A stretch of 64,000 bases of DNA from an uncultured Gemmatimonadales bacterium (GCA_963730185.1 CAVSQW010000006.1:256001-320000), one strand, 5' to 3'; numbered from the stretch's first letter, positions 50,226 to 60,568 are shown. Notes: generated from the sequence alone by a model not told the origin. Made by a program: numbers and translations.

Positions 50226-52179
50226 CTATCTTTCCAATCGAGGCGCGAGATAGCGGCCGAAGAACGCGGCCATGTCGACCATGACCCGGGCGACGTTCGG
50301 CGGCGAGGTAACGTAATACGTCTCGCCCGGGTAGCTCCGGTACCAGACCACCTTGTCCAGCCGCTCCAGGGCGTGGACGTACTCGATCGAGGCGGGGATC
50401 GGCAGCTCCCCCGGCCGCCAGGCGGGCGACCGGCCTTCGCCCTGGATCACGAAGACCGGAGCAGTAACCCGGCCGACCGCCTCGATCGAGGAATTCCGCC
50501 GATACACCTCGGCGCTGTCCGGCCACGGACCCCATTCGTACGCCAGGAGCTTGGTGTGCTGGAGCTCGGCGTTGTACTGCTGGAAGCTGACCCAGTCGGC
50601 GTAGCCCGACTGGGGGACCGCCGCCTGGAACACCTCGGGCGCCCGGGCCACCGCCGCCATGCTCATGATCCCGCCGTAGCTGATCCCGGTGATGCCGAGC
50701 CGGGTCGAGTCGACCTCCGGGAGCCGCTTCAGCAGCTCGGCGCCGGCGATCACGTCGCGGAGATCGCAGTGGGTCCAACAGGGATTGTTGGCGTCCTCGA
50801 ACGCCTTGCCGTAGCCCGAGCTCCCCCGGATGTTCGGCGCCAGCACCACGTAACCCATCCGGGCCAGGAACTGGGCCTGGGAGAGATAGGTATCGCTGAA
50901 CTGTCCGGTCGGTCCGCCGTGGATGTACATGATTCCCGGATGGCGGGGGCCGTTCGGCGCGCCGGGCGGCGGACGGAACAGATAGCCCGCGATCGTGAAG
51001 CTGTCGCTCGGATAGGTGATCTTCTCAGGCCGGATCAGCGCGGCTTCGACGGCCGGCGCCACCGACACGGTCAGTCGGGTTGGAGCTCCGCCCGTTGCCG
51101 CCACGACGTAGAGCTCGGGCGGCCGGGTGGGCGTGGCCATCGTGAACGCGATCCGGCGACCGTCGGGCGACCAGGCCGGCTCCGTCGCGACGCCGACATC
51201 GGGCGCCACGACCGCCCGCACCCCGCCCTCGCCGCTGGCCTCCGCGACTCGGATCGAGAAGGTCCCCCCGTGGTTCGAGACGAAGGCGACCTCCCGCCCG
51301 TCGGGCGACCAGACCGCGTCGCTCTGATCGGCCGACTCGGGCGCCAGCGCGCGAACCGGCGCGTTCCCGTCGACCGACGCCACCCAGTAGTTGACCCAAC
51401 CGCTCCGATGCGAGGGAAAGAGCACCCATCGCCCGTCGGGCGACCCCTGCGGCGCGCCGAACCGCGGTCGGATGCCGATCGTGCCGTAGTCGAAGAGATC
51501 GTGGTCGGTCGCCACGATCCGGGCCGAGCCGCCCTCGAGCGGAATCGTCATCACCTCGTGGTCGGCCCACCGATCGTCGGAGCGGACGTAGAAGAGGCTC
51601 CGCCCGTCGGGGCTCCAGGCCGGCGCGGTCTCGAACCGGGGGTCGGTGGTCATTCGCCGGACCCGGCCGGTCGCGACCTCCACCGTCCACACGTCGAACT
51701 GCCCGTAGCGGAGCGCCGAGAAGGCGATCGTGGCGGCGTCCGGTGACCAGGCAACCGCGTTGATCCGGGCCCCGAGGTCGGTCAGGCGCCGAGCCGGGCC
51801 GCCGCCGAGCGGTCGAAGCCAGATCTCGGGATAGCCGCTCTGGTCGGAGAGATAGGCCAGCCGGTCACCCCGCGGCGAGAGCCGGACCAGCTGTGACGGC
51901 AGCTCGCGCACGACCGGGGTCGCGGCGCCGCCCGCGGCCGGCACGCTCCAGAGCCCGCCCCGGCCGGCGAGGTAGAGCACCCGGGCGCCGTCGAGGCTCC
52001 AGAAGAGGGCATCGCCGGCCACGGACGGCGCGAGATTGGCCAACCGGGTCGCCACCGCGGTGGCGGCGGTCGAGCCGGCTTCGCCCTGGGCGACGGCAGC
52101 CGGCCGCGCCGGGGCCGACTGCCAGGATCGCGGCAAGCAAGACACTGGCCGCCCGACCGGTGGTGGGGCATCGCAACAT
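50226..52179 (-). CDS. S9-family (prolyl oligopeptidase-like) protein with PD40 beta-propeller; frameshift in the signal region (~52111-52114)
   Basis: WSPDG repeats, HGGP, RGSSGYG and GISYGG nucleophile elbow. The signal peptide from ATG 52179 is in a different frame from the body. Confidence 0.82.
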
Positions 52180-52285
52180 GAGATCGGCTCCTCGGCTCCA
52201 GGTGGCTGGCGATGGGCGAAAGGCCCGTCGACTCGAAGCTTAGCGCGCGACGCGGATCGGGTCGAGCCCGGCGGGCTGACGGCGA

Positions 52286-52323
52286 GTCGGTCGAAATGAT
52301 GGGGGTCGGTCGAAATGATGGGG
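52286..52323 (+). repeat. Perfect 19-bp tandem duplication GTCGGTCGAAATGATGGGG x2
   Basis: Read directly at 52286-52304 and 52305-52323 in an intergenic region. Confidence 0.9.
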
Positions 52324-52429
52324 GAATGACGGGCGTTGAGCGGCGGCTGACGCCAAGCGCCGACCTTGGCGCGCGGATACCGGATCCGGCCAGCGAACGG
52401 CCGGTCCTCAACCCCCGAACGAGGTTCCC

Positions 52430-53243
52430 ATGCCGCGCACCGGACTGATCCCCCTCATCGTCACGATCTCGCTCGCTCTGGGCCGCGCCCGTCCGCGGCC
52501 AGGCGATGGGCGATCCGGCCCTGGAGAAGAAGCTGGCCGACTGCCTCGGGATCGACCAACAGACCTACCACGACGCGACCAACCCCACCAACGGCGAGCC
52601 CCGCCGGCCGACCAAGGACGAGCAGGAGCGCAACATGGCCTGCGCTCACGCTGCTCAACAAGATCCCCAAAACCCGGGTCAAGGACTGCAACGACAAGCT
52701 GGTCTACGGAAACCTCAGCGCCATGACACCGCAGATCGATCAGCTCACCAAGGCCGCCAAGGCGCAGATGGAAAGCGGCAAGGTTCCGGGCGAGGCCGAT
52801 CCCGCGGCAACCCGTCCCCACCCAGCCCATCACCTGGACTCTCACGCCGGTGGCGCCGGCGGGACCGGCCGTGACCGGCTACCAGGCGTCACCATCCGGC
52901 ATCAAGGCCGTGCTCCGCTGGACCCCCGCTACCGGCGCTACGTCGTACAAGGTGTATCGGAGCCAGCCACCGAACGTTTCGGCGGCGGAGCGTCCTCGGC
53001 CTGGGCGAGGGCGACCAGCCGATCGGCATCGCCGACACGGTCAACAGCCAGATCGTCTATCACCCCAAGGTGATTCCGCTCAGCTACGACCTGGCGGAGA
53101 GCCTGCTCTCGGGCACCTTCCGGGTGGGATCCCTGGCCCCGGGCGAGTTCCAGATCGAGTACCGGGACGGCTCCGGCTACCAGGGCGACTATACCCTGAC
53201 GTTCCTGGTGAAGAGGTGCGCCAGCATGAACGGCCCGTGTTGA
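52430..53243 (+). pseudogene. Degraded secreted protein with an FN3-like fragment (at least 4 frame changes)
   Basis: Signal peptide MPRTGLIPLIVTISLAL, then segments with coding-like codon usage in successive frames, ending ...YTLTFLVKRCASMNGPC*. Confidence 0.65.
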
Positions 53244-53278
53244 CGACGCCCCCGTCGCGACCCTGACCCGGAGAGACC

Positions 53279-53673
53279 ATGCTCGAGCTTCGGACGATAG
53301 CGATGGTGGGCCTCGTGACGGTCGCGCTCGGGTCGCGACCCTTGGCGGCCCCCTGGCCTGGCCGGCGACCGGCGCCTTCCGGGCGACGGCTGCGCTCGGC
53401 ACTCCCTGCGTCTATGCGGCGGCCGGCGGGGTGATCAATCCCTATCCGAACGGCGTCACGATCACCGTCACCAACCGGAAGACGAATCGGAGCGCCAGCC
53501 GCGCCTACCCCGCTCCGACCTGGACGCCGAAGAACCCGAGCATCGCGCCCTGCCTCGCGCTCTATCTGCTCAGGCTGGCGGACAGCCTGCCGGTGGACTA
53601 CGTGGCGATGGCGGAGACGACCGATCTGAACCGGCTTCGCCACACCGGCACGGCCACGCTCACGAAGCCGTGA
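53279..53673 (+). pseudogene. Degraded secreted protein (signal peptide out of frame with the C-terminal part)
   Basis: GGAG RBS and MLELRTIAMVGLVTVALG, then a frame change to ...VINPYPNGVTITVTN...LTKP*. Confidence 0.5.
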
Positions 53674-53707
53674 ACCACTCGCGGTCCTCTCGCGGAAGGA
53701 GCACCCG

Positions 53708-54128
53708 ATGAATCGTGGCCAAGGCGGGAGGAACGGCGACGAGCTACACCGACCGGTTTCTCTATCCGGGGACCACCTACCAGTATCAGATTTCGGCGGA
53801 GTACTACCGCGTCGGGACCTCCGGCCTGACCCAGGCGACCTCGATCACCACGCTGCCCGGAGCCCCACCGAGCGCCCTGACCGCGGCGGTCAGCGGCCCT
53901 GGGACGGTCACGCTGAGCTGGCAGGCGGCGTACGAGGCCGCGGGGTACGCCGTCTGGCGCGACGGAACGCCGTTGACCCAGTCCGTCACTGGAACCACCT
54001 ACCTCGACTCCAAGGCGCCTCACGGATCTCACCGGTACACCGTCGGATCGATGTTCCGAGTCCTGACGGGCCACCTGGTCGAAGGCGCCTTGACCGGCCT
54101 GCCGTCCGCGACGGTCAACGTGCCCTGA
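53708..54128 (+). pseudogene. Truncated tandem FN3-domain protein
   Basis: AAGGAG RBS with ATG 53708 out of frame with the FN3 body (SYTD..L.PGTTYQYQI; VTLSW...GYAVWRDG...TTYLD...RYTV), which starts mid-domain. Confidence 0.65.
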
Positions 54129-54132
54129 GCCG

Positions 54133-55353
54133 TCAGCAGCGCTCGAGCACCATGGCCATGCCCTGGCCCACGCCGACGCAGAGAGTGCAGAGCGCATAGC
54201 GGCCCTTTCGGGCCTCGAGCTCCAGCATGGCGGTGAGCAGGAGCCGGGCGCCCGACATCCCGAGCGGATGGCCTAACGCGATGGCGCCGCCGTTCGGGTT
54301 GACTCGGGGGTCGTCGTCGGAGATCTCGAGTGCCCGGAGGCAGGAGAGCACCTGCGCGGCGAAGGCCTCGTTGATCTCGATCACGTCCATCTGATCGACC
54401 CGAAGCCCGGTCCGGGCCATCACCTTACGGGTGGCCTCGACCGGACCGATGCCCATGATCCGGGGCTCGACGCCCGCCACGGCGCTCCCGACGATCCGGG
54501 CTCGGGGCGTGAGCCCATGCTCCTTGATCCCTTCCTCCGAGGCCAGGAGCAGCGCCGCCGCGCCGTCGTTCAACCCCGAGGCGTTGCCGGCGGTGACGGT
54601 CCCCTTCCCGTCCTTACGAAAGGCCGGACGAAGCTTCGCCAGGATCTCCAGGGTCGAGTCGGCCCGGATGAACTCGTCCTGCTCGAACCGGCCGGGCGGT
54701 TTGCCCTTGCCCGCCGGCGGGAGCGGCACCGGCACGATCTCCTGGGCAAAGCGTCCGCTCGCTCGGGCGGCGGCGGCCTTCTGCTGAGATCCGAGGGCGA
54801 ACCGGTCCTGATCCTCGCGGGAGATGGTCCGCGTCTCCAGCAGGTTTTCGGCGGTCTGGCCCATCGCGTCGGTGCCGAAGCGCTCTTCCATCTTCGGGTT
54901 GACGAAACGCCACCCGAGGCTGGTATCGAAGAGCTCGACGTCTCGGGCCCAGGGACGGCTGGCCTTGGACAGCACGAAGGGGGCTCGCGTCATCTGCTCC
55001 ACGCCACCCGCCAGGTAGAGGTCGCCGTCACCGACCATGATGGCCCGGGCGGCGTTGGCGGCCGCGGCCATGCCCGAGGCGCAGAGCCGATTGACGGTTT
55101 CGCCCGGGACGGACGCCGGGATGCCGGCGAGGAGGAGCGCCATCCGGGCCACGTTGCGGTTATCCTCGCCCGCCTGGTTGGCGCAGCCCATCACCACGTC
55201 GACCAGGGCGGCCGGGTCGAGATCGGGATGCCGGGCCAGGAGCGAGGACATGACGTGGGCGGCGAGGTCGTCGGCCCGGACCGGCGACAAGCTGCCGCCG
55301 AGGCTGCCGATCGGGGTCCGGACCCCGGCGACGAGATAGGCTGATTGGGTCAT
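54133..55353 (-). CDS. paaJ: 3-oxoadipyl-CoA / 3-oxo-5,6-dehydrosuberyl-CoA thiolase (PaaJ/PcaF)
   Basis: [29 protein letters not shown] and CVGVGQG motifs; other paa genes are nearby. Confidence 0.88.
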   Translation of the reverse strand: MTQSAYLVAGVRTPIGSLGGSLSPVRADDLAAHVMSSLLARHPDLDPAALVDVVMGCANQAGEDNRNVARMALLLAGIPASVPGETVNRLCASGMAAAANAARAIMVGDGDLYLAGGVEQMTRAPFVLSKASRPWARDVELFDTSLGWRFVNPKMEERFGTDAMGQTAENLLETRTISREDQDRFALGSQQKAAAARASGRFAQEIVPVPLPPAGKGKPPGRFEQDEFIRADSTLEILAKLRPAFRKDGKGTVTAGNASGLNDGAAALLLASEEGIKEHGLTPRARIVGSAVAGVEPRIMGIGPVEATRKVMARTGLRVDQMDVIEINEAFAAQVLSCLRALEISDDDPRVNPNGGAIALGHPLGMSGARLLLTAMLELEARKGRYALCTLCVGVGQGMAMVLERC

Positions 55354-55362
55354 GGTGAAAAG

Positions 55363-56490
55363 CTAACGGAGGTCACTGGGCGGGCGGAAACGGCCCCGTC
55401 GCGGGGGATCGATCGAGAGGATCACTTTCCCGATCACCTTCCGGGCGTGGAGGTAGCGATGCGCTTCGACCGCGCCGGCGCGATCGAGCGGGAAGACGCG
55501 GTCGACCAGCGGTTCCAGGTCGCCGGCCGACACCGCAGCGAAGATCTCGGCGAGCGCCGGCCGGAGCAGGGGCTCCTTCGACCCGAGGTGCAGCAGGTGG
55601 ATCCCGGCGACCCCGACGTTCGGCTCGATCAGCTCGAGCGGGTGGAGGCGGCCGGTGCGAAGCCACGCCCGGATCATGGCCGGCCAGCTCTTCCGGCCCC
55701 CGGGAAGGGCGTCGCTCAGGCCGTAGAAGACCAGCCGCCCCAGCGGCGCCAGGAGCCGCCGGCAGGTTCGGGTGGCCCGGCCGCCCACCGCATCGAGGGC
55801 CACGTCGATCCCGCGCGGCCCGACCAGCTTCTCCACCTCGGTCCCCCAGTCACCGGCGGAGTCGAAGCAGGCCCGGGCGCCGAGCCGCTCGGTGACGAAT
55901 CGGCGCTTCCGCTCCGAGCCCGCCGTGCCGAGCACCGAGAGGCCATGGCGCCGGGCCAGCTGCACCGCAGCGGACCCCACACCGCCGGCCGCGTTCAGCA
56001 CCAGCGCGGTCTCACCCGGGCGGACCCGGGCCGATTCGAAGAGGGCGACGTAGGCCGTGAGGAAGGCGACCGGGACGGCGGCCGCCTGAACCGGCGACAG
56101 CGGGGCCGGGTACCGGAACAGATTCGCGGTGGGGACGATCAGGTCGCGGGCATAGCCGCCGTACCGGACCAGGGCGACGGCCCGGTCGCCCTCGGCCCAG
56201 TCGGCGACATCCCGGCCGACCCGACGGATCACGCCCGCCGCTTCGAAGCCGGGGCTGTAGGGCATCGGGGGGACCGTGCCGTATAGTCCGGCGCGCATCA
56301 GGAGGTCGGCGAAGTTGACCCCGGTGGCCTCGACTTCGAGGTGGACCTGATCGGGGCCTGGATCCGGGAGCGGCATGGTCCGCTCGACGAGAACCTCGGG
56401 CGGGCCGTGGCGCTCGATCAGCAAGGCGCGCGTCGTGCCGGAGGCCGAAGGGTCAGGCCGGGGGCGAGCCTCGTTCGCTGGGTGGGTCAC
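55363..56490 (-). CDS. MDR-family NAD(P)H quinone oxidoreductase (VAT-1-like); start uncertain
   Basis: GVNFADLLMRAGLY, PGFE.AG, AAGGVG and GKVIL motifs. Confidence 0.85.
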   Translation of the reverse strand: MTHPANEARPRPDPSASGTTRALLIERHGPPEVLVERTMPLPDPGPDQVHLEVEATGVNFADLLMRAGLYGTVPPMPYSPGFEAAGVIRRVGRDVADWAEGDRAVALVRYGGYARDLIVPTANLFRYPAPLSPVQAAAVPVAFLTAYVALFESARVRPGETALVLNAAGGVGSAAVQLARRHGLSVLGTAGSERKRRFVTERLGARACFDSAGDWGTEVEKLVGPRGIDVALDAVGGRATRTCRRLLAPLGRLVFYGLSDALPGGRKSWPAMIRAWLRTGRLHPLELIEPNVGVAGIHLLHLGSKEPLLRPALAEIFAAVSAGDLEPLVDRVFPLDRAGAVEAHRYLHARKVIGKVILSIDPPRRGRFRPPSDLR

Positions 56491-59400
56491 GGCGGAATGG
56501 CCTGGATCGTGGATCCCGTAACATACCGTCGGCACGTTCGGGTCGGTGGGGAACCGAGTCCAGGAGCTGCCAGTCGAGATCCTGCCGAATCCCGCGCCAC
56601 AACTCGACCGGGCCAACGACGAGGTTCGTACCCGCACTGTTCCCCTCCAGCCAAACTCGATATCGGGCGTTTCGGGACACCCGCTGCTCCGAGCGCCACA
56701 CCGGCACGCCGTCGACGGCTATCCCGCAGGTGCCGTCGGGGAAGAGCTGGAGTCGGACCACGTGCCAGGCCCCCTCGCGCCATGACGAATCGGCGGGGCT
56801 CCGGGGCGTGGCGCCGCCGGCGCTGAACGAGAAGCGGCCGAGCGCCGACAGCCCTTCGCCGCTGGGATATGCGAAGGCGCACTCATCCCCGCTGGCCGCG
56901 CGATCACGCCAAGGGTAGCCCGAGCGCCGGTCCCAGCCGTCCACGACAACCGAACGCTCGGAACGGAGAGCAATGATCTGCTGTTGCCACTGCGACCGCG
57001 ACACGGGCAAGGACACCTTCGCCTCGAGCCCGAGCCCGCGCGAGACGTCGAACCGATCAGTCGAGAAGACACCGCTGGTGTAGCGGCCGTCGCCACCGTT
57101 GTTGAGTCCTCGGACACCCCCCGGGCCGCTCGTGAGGCGAGGAGGGGGCTCGCCGAAGTCGCGCCAGCGGGCCGCATCGATCGCGGCCCACCGTTCGCTG
57201 AAGATCGTCTCCGCGGTGTCGGCCCTCACCACGACCTCAATCGAGTCGCGGGCAACGCCCCCGAAATCAGCGGTCACGACGGTGCGCCCCAATCTCCGGG
57301 CCGTGATCCGCCCGGATGCCGAGGCGACCGCCACGATCGTGGTGTCTCGACTGCTCCAGTAGAGCGCACTGGCCGGGAGGAGGACGCGGTCGCCCGCGGT
57401 GTCGACCACCGTCGCGGTACCGTCATATGAGGCGCCGAGGGGGAGACGGAGCGCATCGCGCGGTTGGATCCGGACCCGAACCCGTTCTCCCCGATCCGGC
57501 CGCGGTGCCCAGCCGAAGGCCACCGGGTCTCGGACGCCCGTCAGGGGGCGGGAGGAAAGCCAATCGTCGATCGGGAAGACCGACCAGACCGGCGGCTCGT
57601 TGGCGTCGCGAGCGCAGAGACAGACCACCCACCGCCCGTCGGGGCTGAGGTTGGGAAGGGTCACAGCGCCCCGGGCAAGGATCCTGAATTGATCCGCTGC
57701 CAGATCCCAGCTGGCCAGCTGGATCCGCTCCTGATAGTCGACCGTCAGCAGAACCTTCCCGCCGTCCAGCCAACCGACGATCTCCGAGACTTCGCCGATC
57801 GTCGACGCCACGCAGTGTGATACTCGACCGTCGGGGGTGATCCAGCAGGCTTGGCGGGGTCGGAGCTCTCGGGGTTGCCGATGGAAAGCGATCAGGCCGC
57901 CGTGCGGCGCCCACGCCGGCGACCCGTCGAAGTCACTGGTCGCCGTGAGGCGCCGGAGCGAGTCGCCGGCCGGCCAATCGGTGATCGCGAGGTCGTAGTC
58001 GTCTCCACCGGCCGGCGACCAGCGCGCGGTCAGGAACACCAAATGCCGGTCGTCCGGTGACCAGACGGGTGAGACATCGTCACGACCCGCGGGGAACAGC
58101 CGGCGGGTGTGGTCGTGCTCGCGAACGAAGATGTCGTCAGTGTAGAAGTTGTCCACCGCTGCGTTGAAGGCCAGACGGCCGTCGGCGGTAAGGTCGAGTC
58201 GAGTGTTGCGCACTCTGGCCAACATGGAGTCACGGATCGTCTCGGCCGTGCGAGGCAGACGGAAGGCCACCCCACCTCGCCAGCCGCGCCGGGTCACACC
58301 CACCGTCCTCAGGTCGACGGCCATCGAATCTCCCGGATGCGGCGTGGCGATGAGCAGCTCCGCGTCGGGCGGCAGGCCCACCGTCGCCCGGGCAATCACC
58401 CAGGCCGAGGTTCCCAGCGCGAACGCCGCCAGACCCGCCGCGGCCAGACGAGCATTGGAATGGAGCCCGATCCGGGTCCGGATCGGCAAGCTCCTGACCA
58501 GCCGCGCCGCGGTGGCCTCGTCGCCCCCGCTCACGGCCTCGGCCAGGGCCCGGCTGCCGCGGCGATCACCGGCCTGCCGAGCGACCTGCACGGCCCGCCG
58601 GTACGCCAACCGGAGCGCATGGTCGTCGCCGGCCGCTCCAAAATGCCGCGCGGCCTGGAGCACGGGGTCGAGCCGTCGGCCTGCGTTGTCGACCAGAATG
58701 CGCCCCACCGCGCCATGCGCGGCCCGGCGCCGCTCGGCAGTTTCCTGATCCTGGGCGGCCGCGGCAATCTCGTCGTGCGCCGGCTCCCATGAAGTCTCCG
58801 AATGGCGGAGAAACCCCTTCCGCTCGAGTGCCCAGAGCTGCTCGTCCACCCGCCCCCGCGCCCGGAGCGCGGTGCTCAGCTCGGCCACGGTGAGCGGCGT
58901 GCCGGCGGTGGCCAGCACGAGCAGCACCCAGGCCGCATCGGCATCCAGCGTCGCCAGGCGCGAGCGGACCGCGTTGCCTCGCTCGAGCTCCGCCAGCAAT
59001 TGGGCCGGGTCGGGCACGGCCCAGACTCCGTCGGCCAGCACCGCCGTGCCCCGGTCCAACGCGAGCTGCAGGGCCTCCAGCACGAGAAGCGGCGATCCTC
59101 CGGACGACGCCTCGAGCTGGCGGAAGATCGCGTCCAGGAGCGGTTCGTCGGCCAGCCGGCCCAAGCTCACGAACAGCGCCCTGATCTCGGCCGGGCCGAG
59201 CGGCTCGAGCCCCACGTCGACCGAGCCCGCCGTCAGCACCGTCCGCCCGACACCAGGCCGTCCCGCCGTCAGCACCAGCACGGGGGCCCGGTCCAGCCGG
59301 TGTATCACCCCGTCCAGCACCTGCCACGATTCGGCGTCGAGCCAGTGCACGTCGTCCACGACCAGGGCGAGCGGATGCTCCTCGGCGATGGCGTGCACGG

Positions 59401-60568
59401 CCTCGACCAGGGCCGCGGTCCGGAGACGGAGGGAGTCGCCGTCGGCGGCGCGGGGTTGGGCCGATGCGAAGCGGCTGGAGAGCGAGGGACTCAGGCCCAC
59501 GAGCACGTCCGCCGTGGCCGGCGACACGGCCGCCAAACCCGGGAGTCCCCCGAGGGCCGTGGCGAGATCGCCGGCGAATGCGTACGGCACGCTCCGGTCG
59601 CCCGGGTTGGCGCGCACCTGCACCACCCGGGCCCCGATCGACCTGAGCCGATGGGCCACGTCGCCGAGCAACCGGCTCTTACCCAGTCCAGCCGGCGCCC
59701 CGACGTGCACATGCCGGCCGGGACCCCGGCTCGCCTGGCTCCACACCTCGAGGAGGGCGGCGAACTCCCGTTCCCGCCCTACCAACTCGGCCATCAGACT
59801 CTCGTCCCGGTCATGACCGTCTTCGACGCCTTCGCCTTGCGCCCGTCGGAGGGTCGCAAGAATCGCCGTCGTCGCCGGCTCCGGGTCCCGACCGTCCGCG
59901 ATCAGCGACGAGCGGAGTGAGTCGGCCTCGACAGCCGCCTGCACGAGGTCGCGGTGAGCGACCAAGGATTCGATCAGCAGCCGCCAGCCGGCTTCGCTCA
60001 GGCGGTCGGCGTCGCGCATCCGCCGAGCCACGTCCTGCGCGTCCCGGAATCGGCCGGCCGCCAGCCGGCGGCGAACGGCGAGCTCGGCCGTGCGGAGGAA
60101 CGCCGCCCGGAGCCGGTTCCGCTCGATGTCGGCCCAGTGTTCGAACTCGGTCGAGCCGGGCAGCGCGAAGCCCGGCAGAAACTCGCCTCGATAGAGGGCG
60201 ATCGATGCCTCCGGATCGCGGGCCTCGACGGCGGCCAGGAAGCGATCGCGGTCGCTCTCGATGGCGATGCTGAGCGTCAGCTCCTCACGCCCGGTCAGGA
60301 CAGACTCGCCCAGAAGTTGGCGAAGCTGCCAGAGCGTCTGCCGCAGGGCGTGCCGAGCCCGGTCGCGACCGAGGTCGGCCCAGAGCAGATCGAGGAGGAA
60401 CTCGCGGGTGGCCGAACGGCCCGGGGCGAGGGCGAGGTAGGTGACCAGCGCGAGCGGCTTGCCCGGGGCCAGAAGGGGGTCGGCCCCGGACGCCAGGCTC
60501 GCCCCACCCAAGGTCGTGAGGGCAAGGGGGATGGCGGAAGAACCGGATTCGGGAAAACCAGTCGCCAT
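56453..60568 (-). CDS. Large transmembrane regulator: SARP wHTH + BTAD + AAA/STAND ATPase + TM + PD40 beta-propeller + Ig (Big_2) + ConA-like domain
   Basis: KPLALVTYLAL..REFLLDLLW, LYRGEFL..F..W, LVGRERE, Walker A GAPAGLGKS, Walker B VVDDVHW, one TM segment, WSPD/WAP repeats and WSSRDTTIVAV. Confidence 0.85.
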   Translation of the reverse strand: MATGFPESGSSAIPLALTTLGGASLASGADPLLAPGKPLALVTYLALAPGRSATREFLLDLLWADLGRDRARHALRQTLWQLRQLLGESVLTGREELTLSIAIESDRDRFLAAVEARDPEASIALYRGEFLPGFALPGSTEFEHWADIERNRLRAAFLRTAELAVRRRLAAGRFRDAQDVARRMRDADRLSEAGWRLLIESLVAHRDLVQAAVEADSLRSSLIADGRDPEPATTAILATLRRAQGEGVEDGHDRDESLMAELVGREREFAALLEVWSQASRGPGRHVHVGAPAGLGKSRLLGDVAHRLRSIGARVVQVRANPGDRSVPYAFAGDLATALGGLPGLAAVSPATADVLVGLSPSLSSRFASAQPRAADGDSLRLRTAALVEAVHAIAEEHPLALVVDDVHWLDAESWQVLDGVIHRLDRAPVLVLTAGRPGVGRTVLTAGSVDVGLEPLGPAEIRALFVSLGRLADEPLLDAIFRQLEASSGGSPLLVLEALQLALDRGTAVLADGVWAVPDPAQLLAELERGNAVRSRLATLDADAAWVLLVLATAGTPLTVAELSTALRARGRVDEQLWALERKGFLRHSETSWEPAHDEIAAAAQDQETAERRRAAHGAVGRILVDNAGRRLDPVLQAARHFGAAGDDHALRLAYRRAVQVARQAGDRRGSRALAEAVSGGDEATAARLVRSLPIRTRIGLHSNARLAAAGLAAFALGTSAWVIARATVGLPPDAELLIATPHPGDSMAVDLRTVGVTRRGWRGGVAFRLPRTAETIRDSMLARVRNTRLDLTADGRLAFNAAVDNFYTDDIFVREHDHTRRLFPAGRDDVSPVWSPDDRHLVFLTARWSPAGGDDYDLAITDWPAGDSLRRLTATSDFDGSPAWAPHGGLIAFHRQPRELRPRQACWITPDGRVSHCVASTIGEVSEIVGWLDGGKVLLTVDYQERIQLASWDLAADQFRILARGAVTLPNLSPDGRWVVCLCARDANEPPVWSVFPIDDWLSSRPLTGVRDPVAFGWAPRPDRGERVRVRIQPRDALRLPLGASYDGTATVVDTAGDRVLLPASALYWSSRDTTIVAVASASGRITARRLGRTVVTADFGGVARDSIEVVVRADTAETIFSERWAAIDAARWRDFGEPPPRLTSGPGGVRGLNNGGDGRYTSGVFSTDRFDVSRGLGLEAKVSLPVSRSQWQQQIIALRSERSVVVDGWDRRSGYPWRDRAASGDECAFAYPSGEGLSALGRFSFSAGGATPRSPADSSWREGAWHVVRLQLFPDGTCGIAVDGVPVWRSEQRVSRNARYRVWLEGNSAGTNLVVGPVELWRGIRQDLDWQLLDSVPHRPERADGMLRDPRSRPFRRDPPSERGSPPA

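Noticed and set aside
52286..52323. Direct repeat as a CRISPR remnant or att site
   Set aside because: Only two abutting copies, no spacer, and no cas or integrase gene in the window.
55363..55376. CTAACGGAGGTCAC upstream of paaJ as a third TetR operator
   Set aside because: Only the left half-site matches, and it overlaps the end of the MDR coding sequence.
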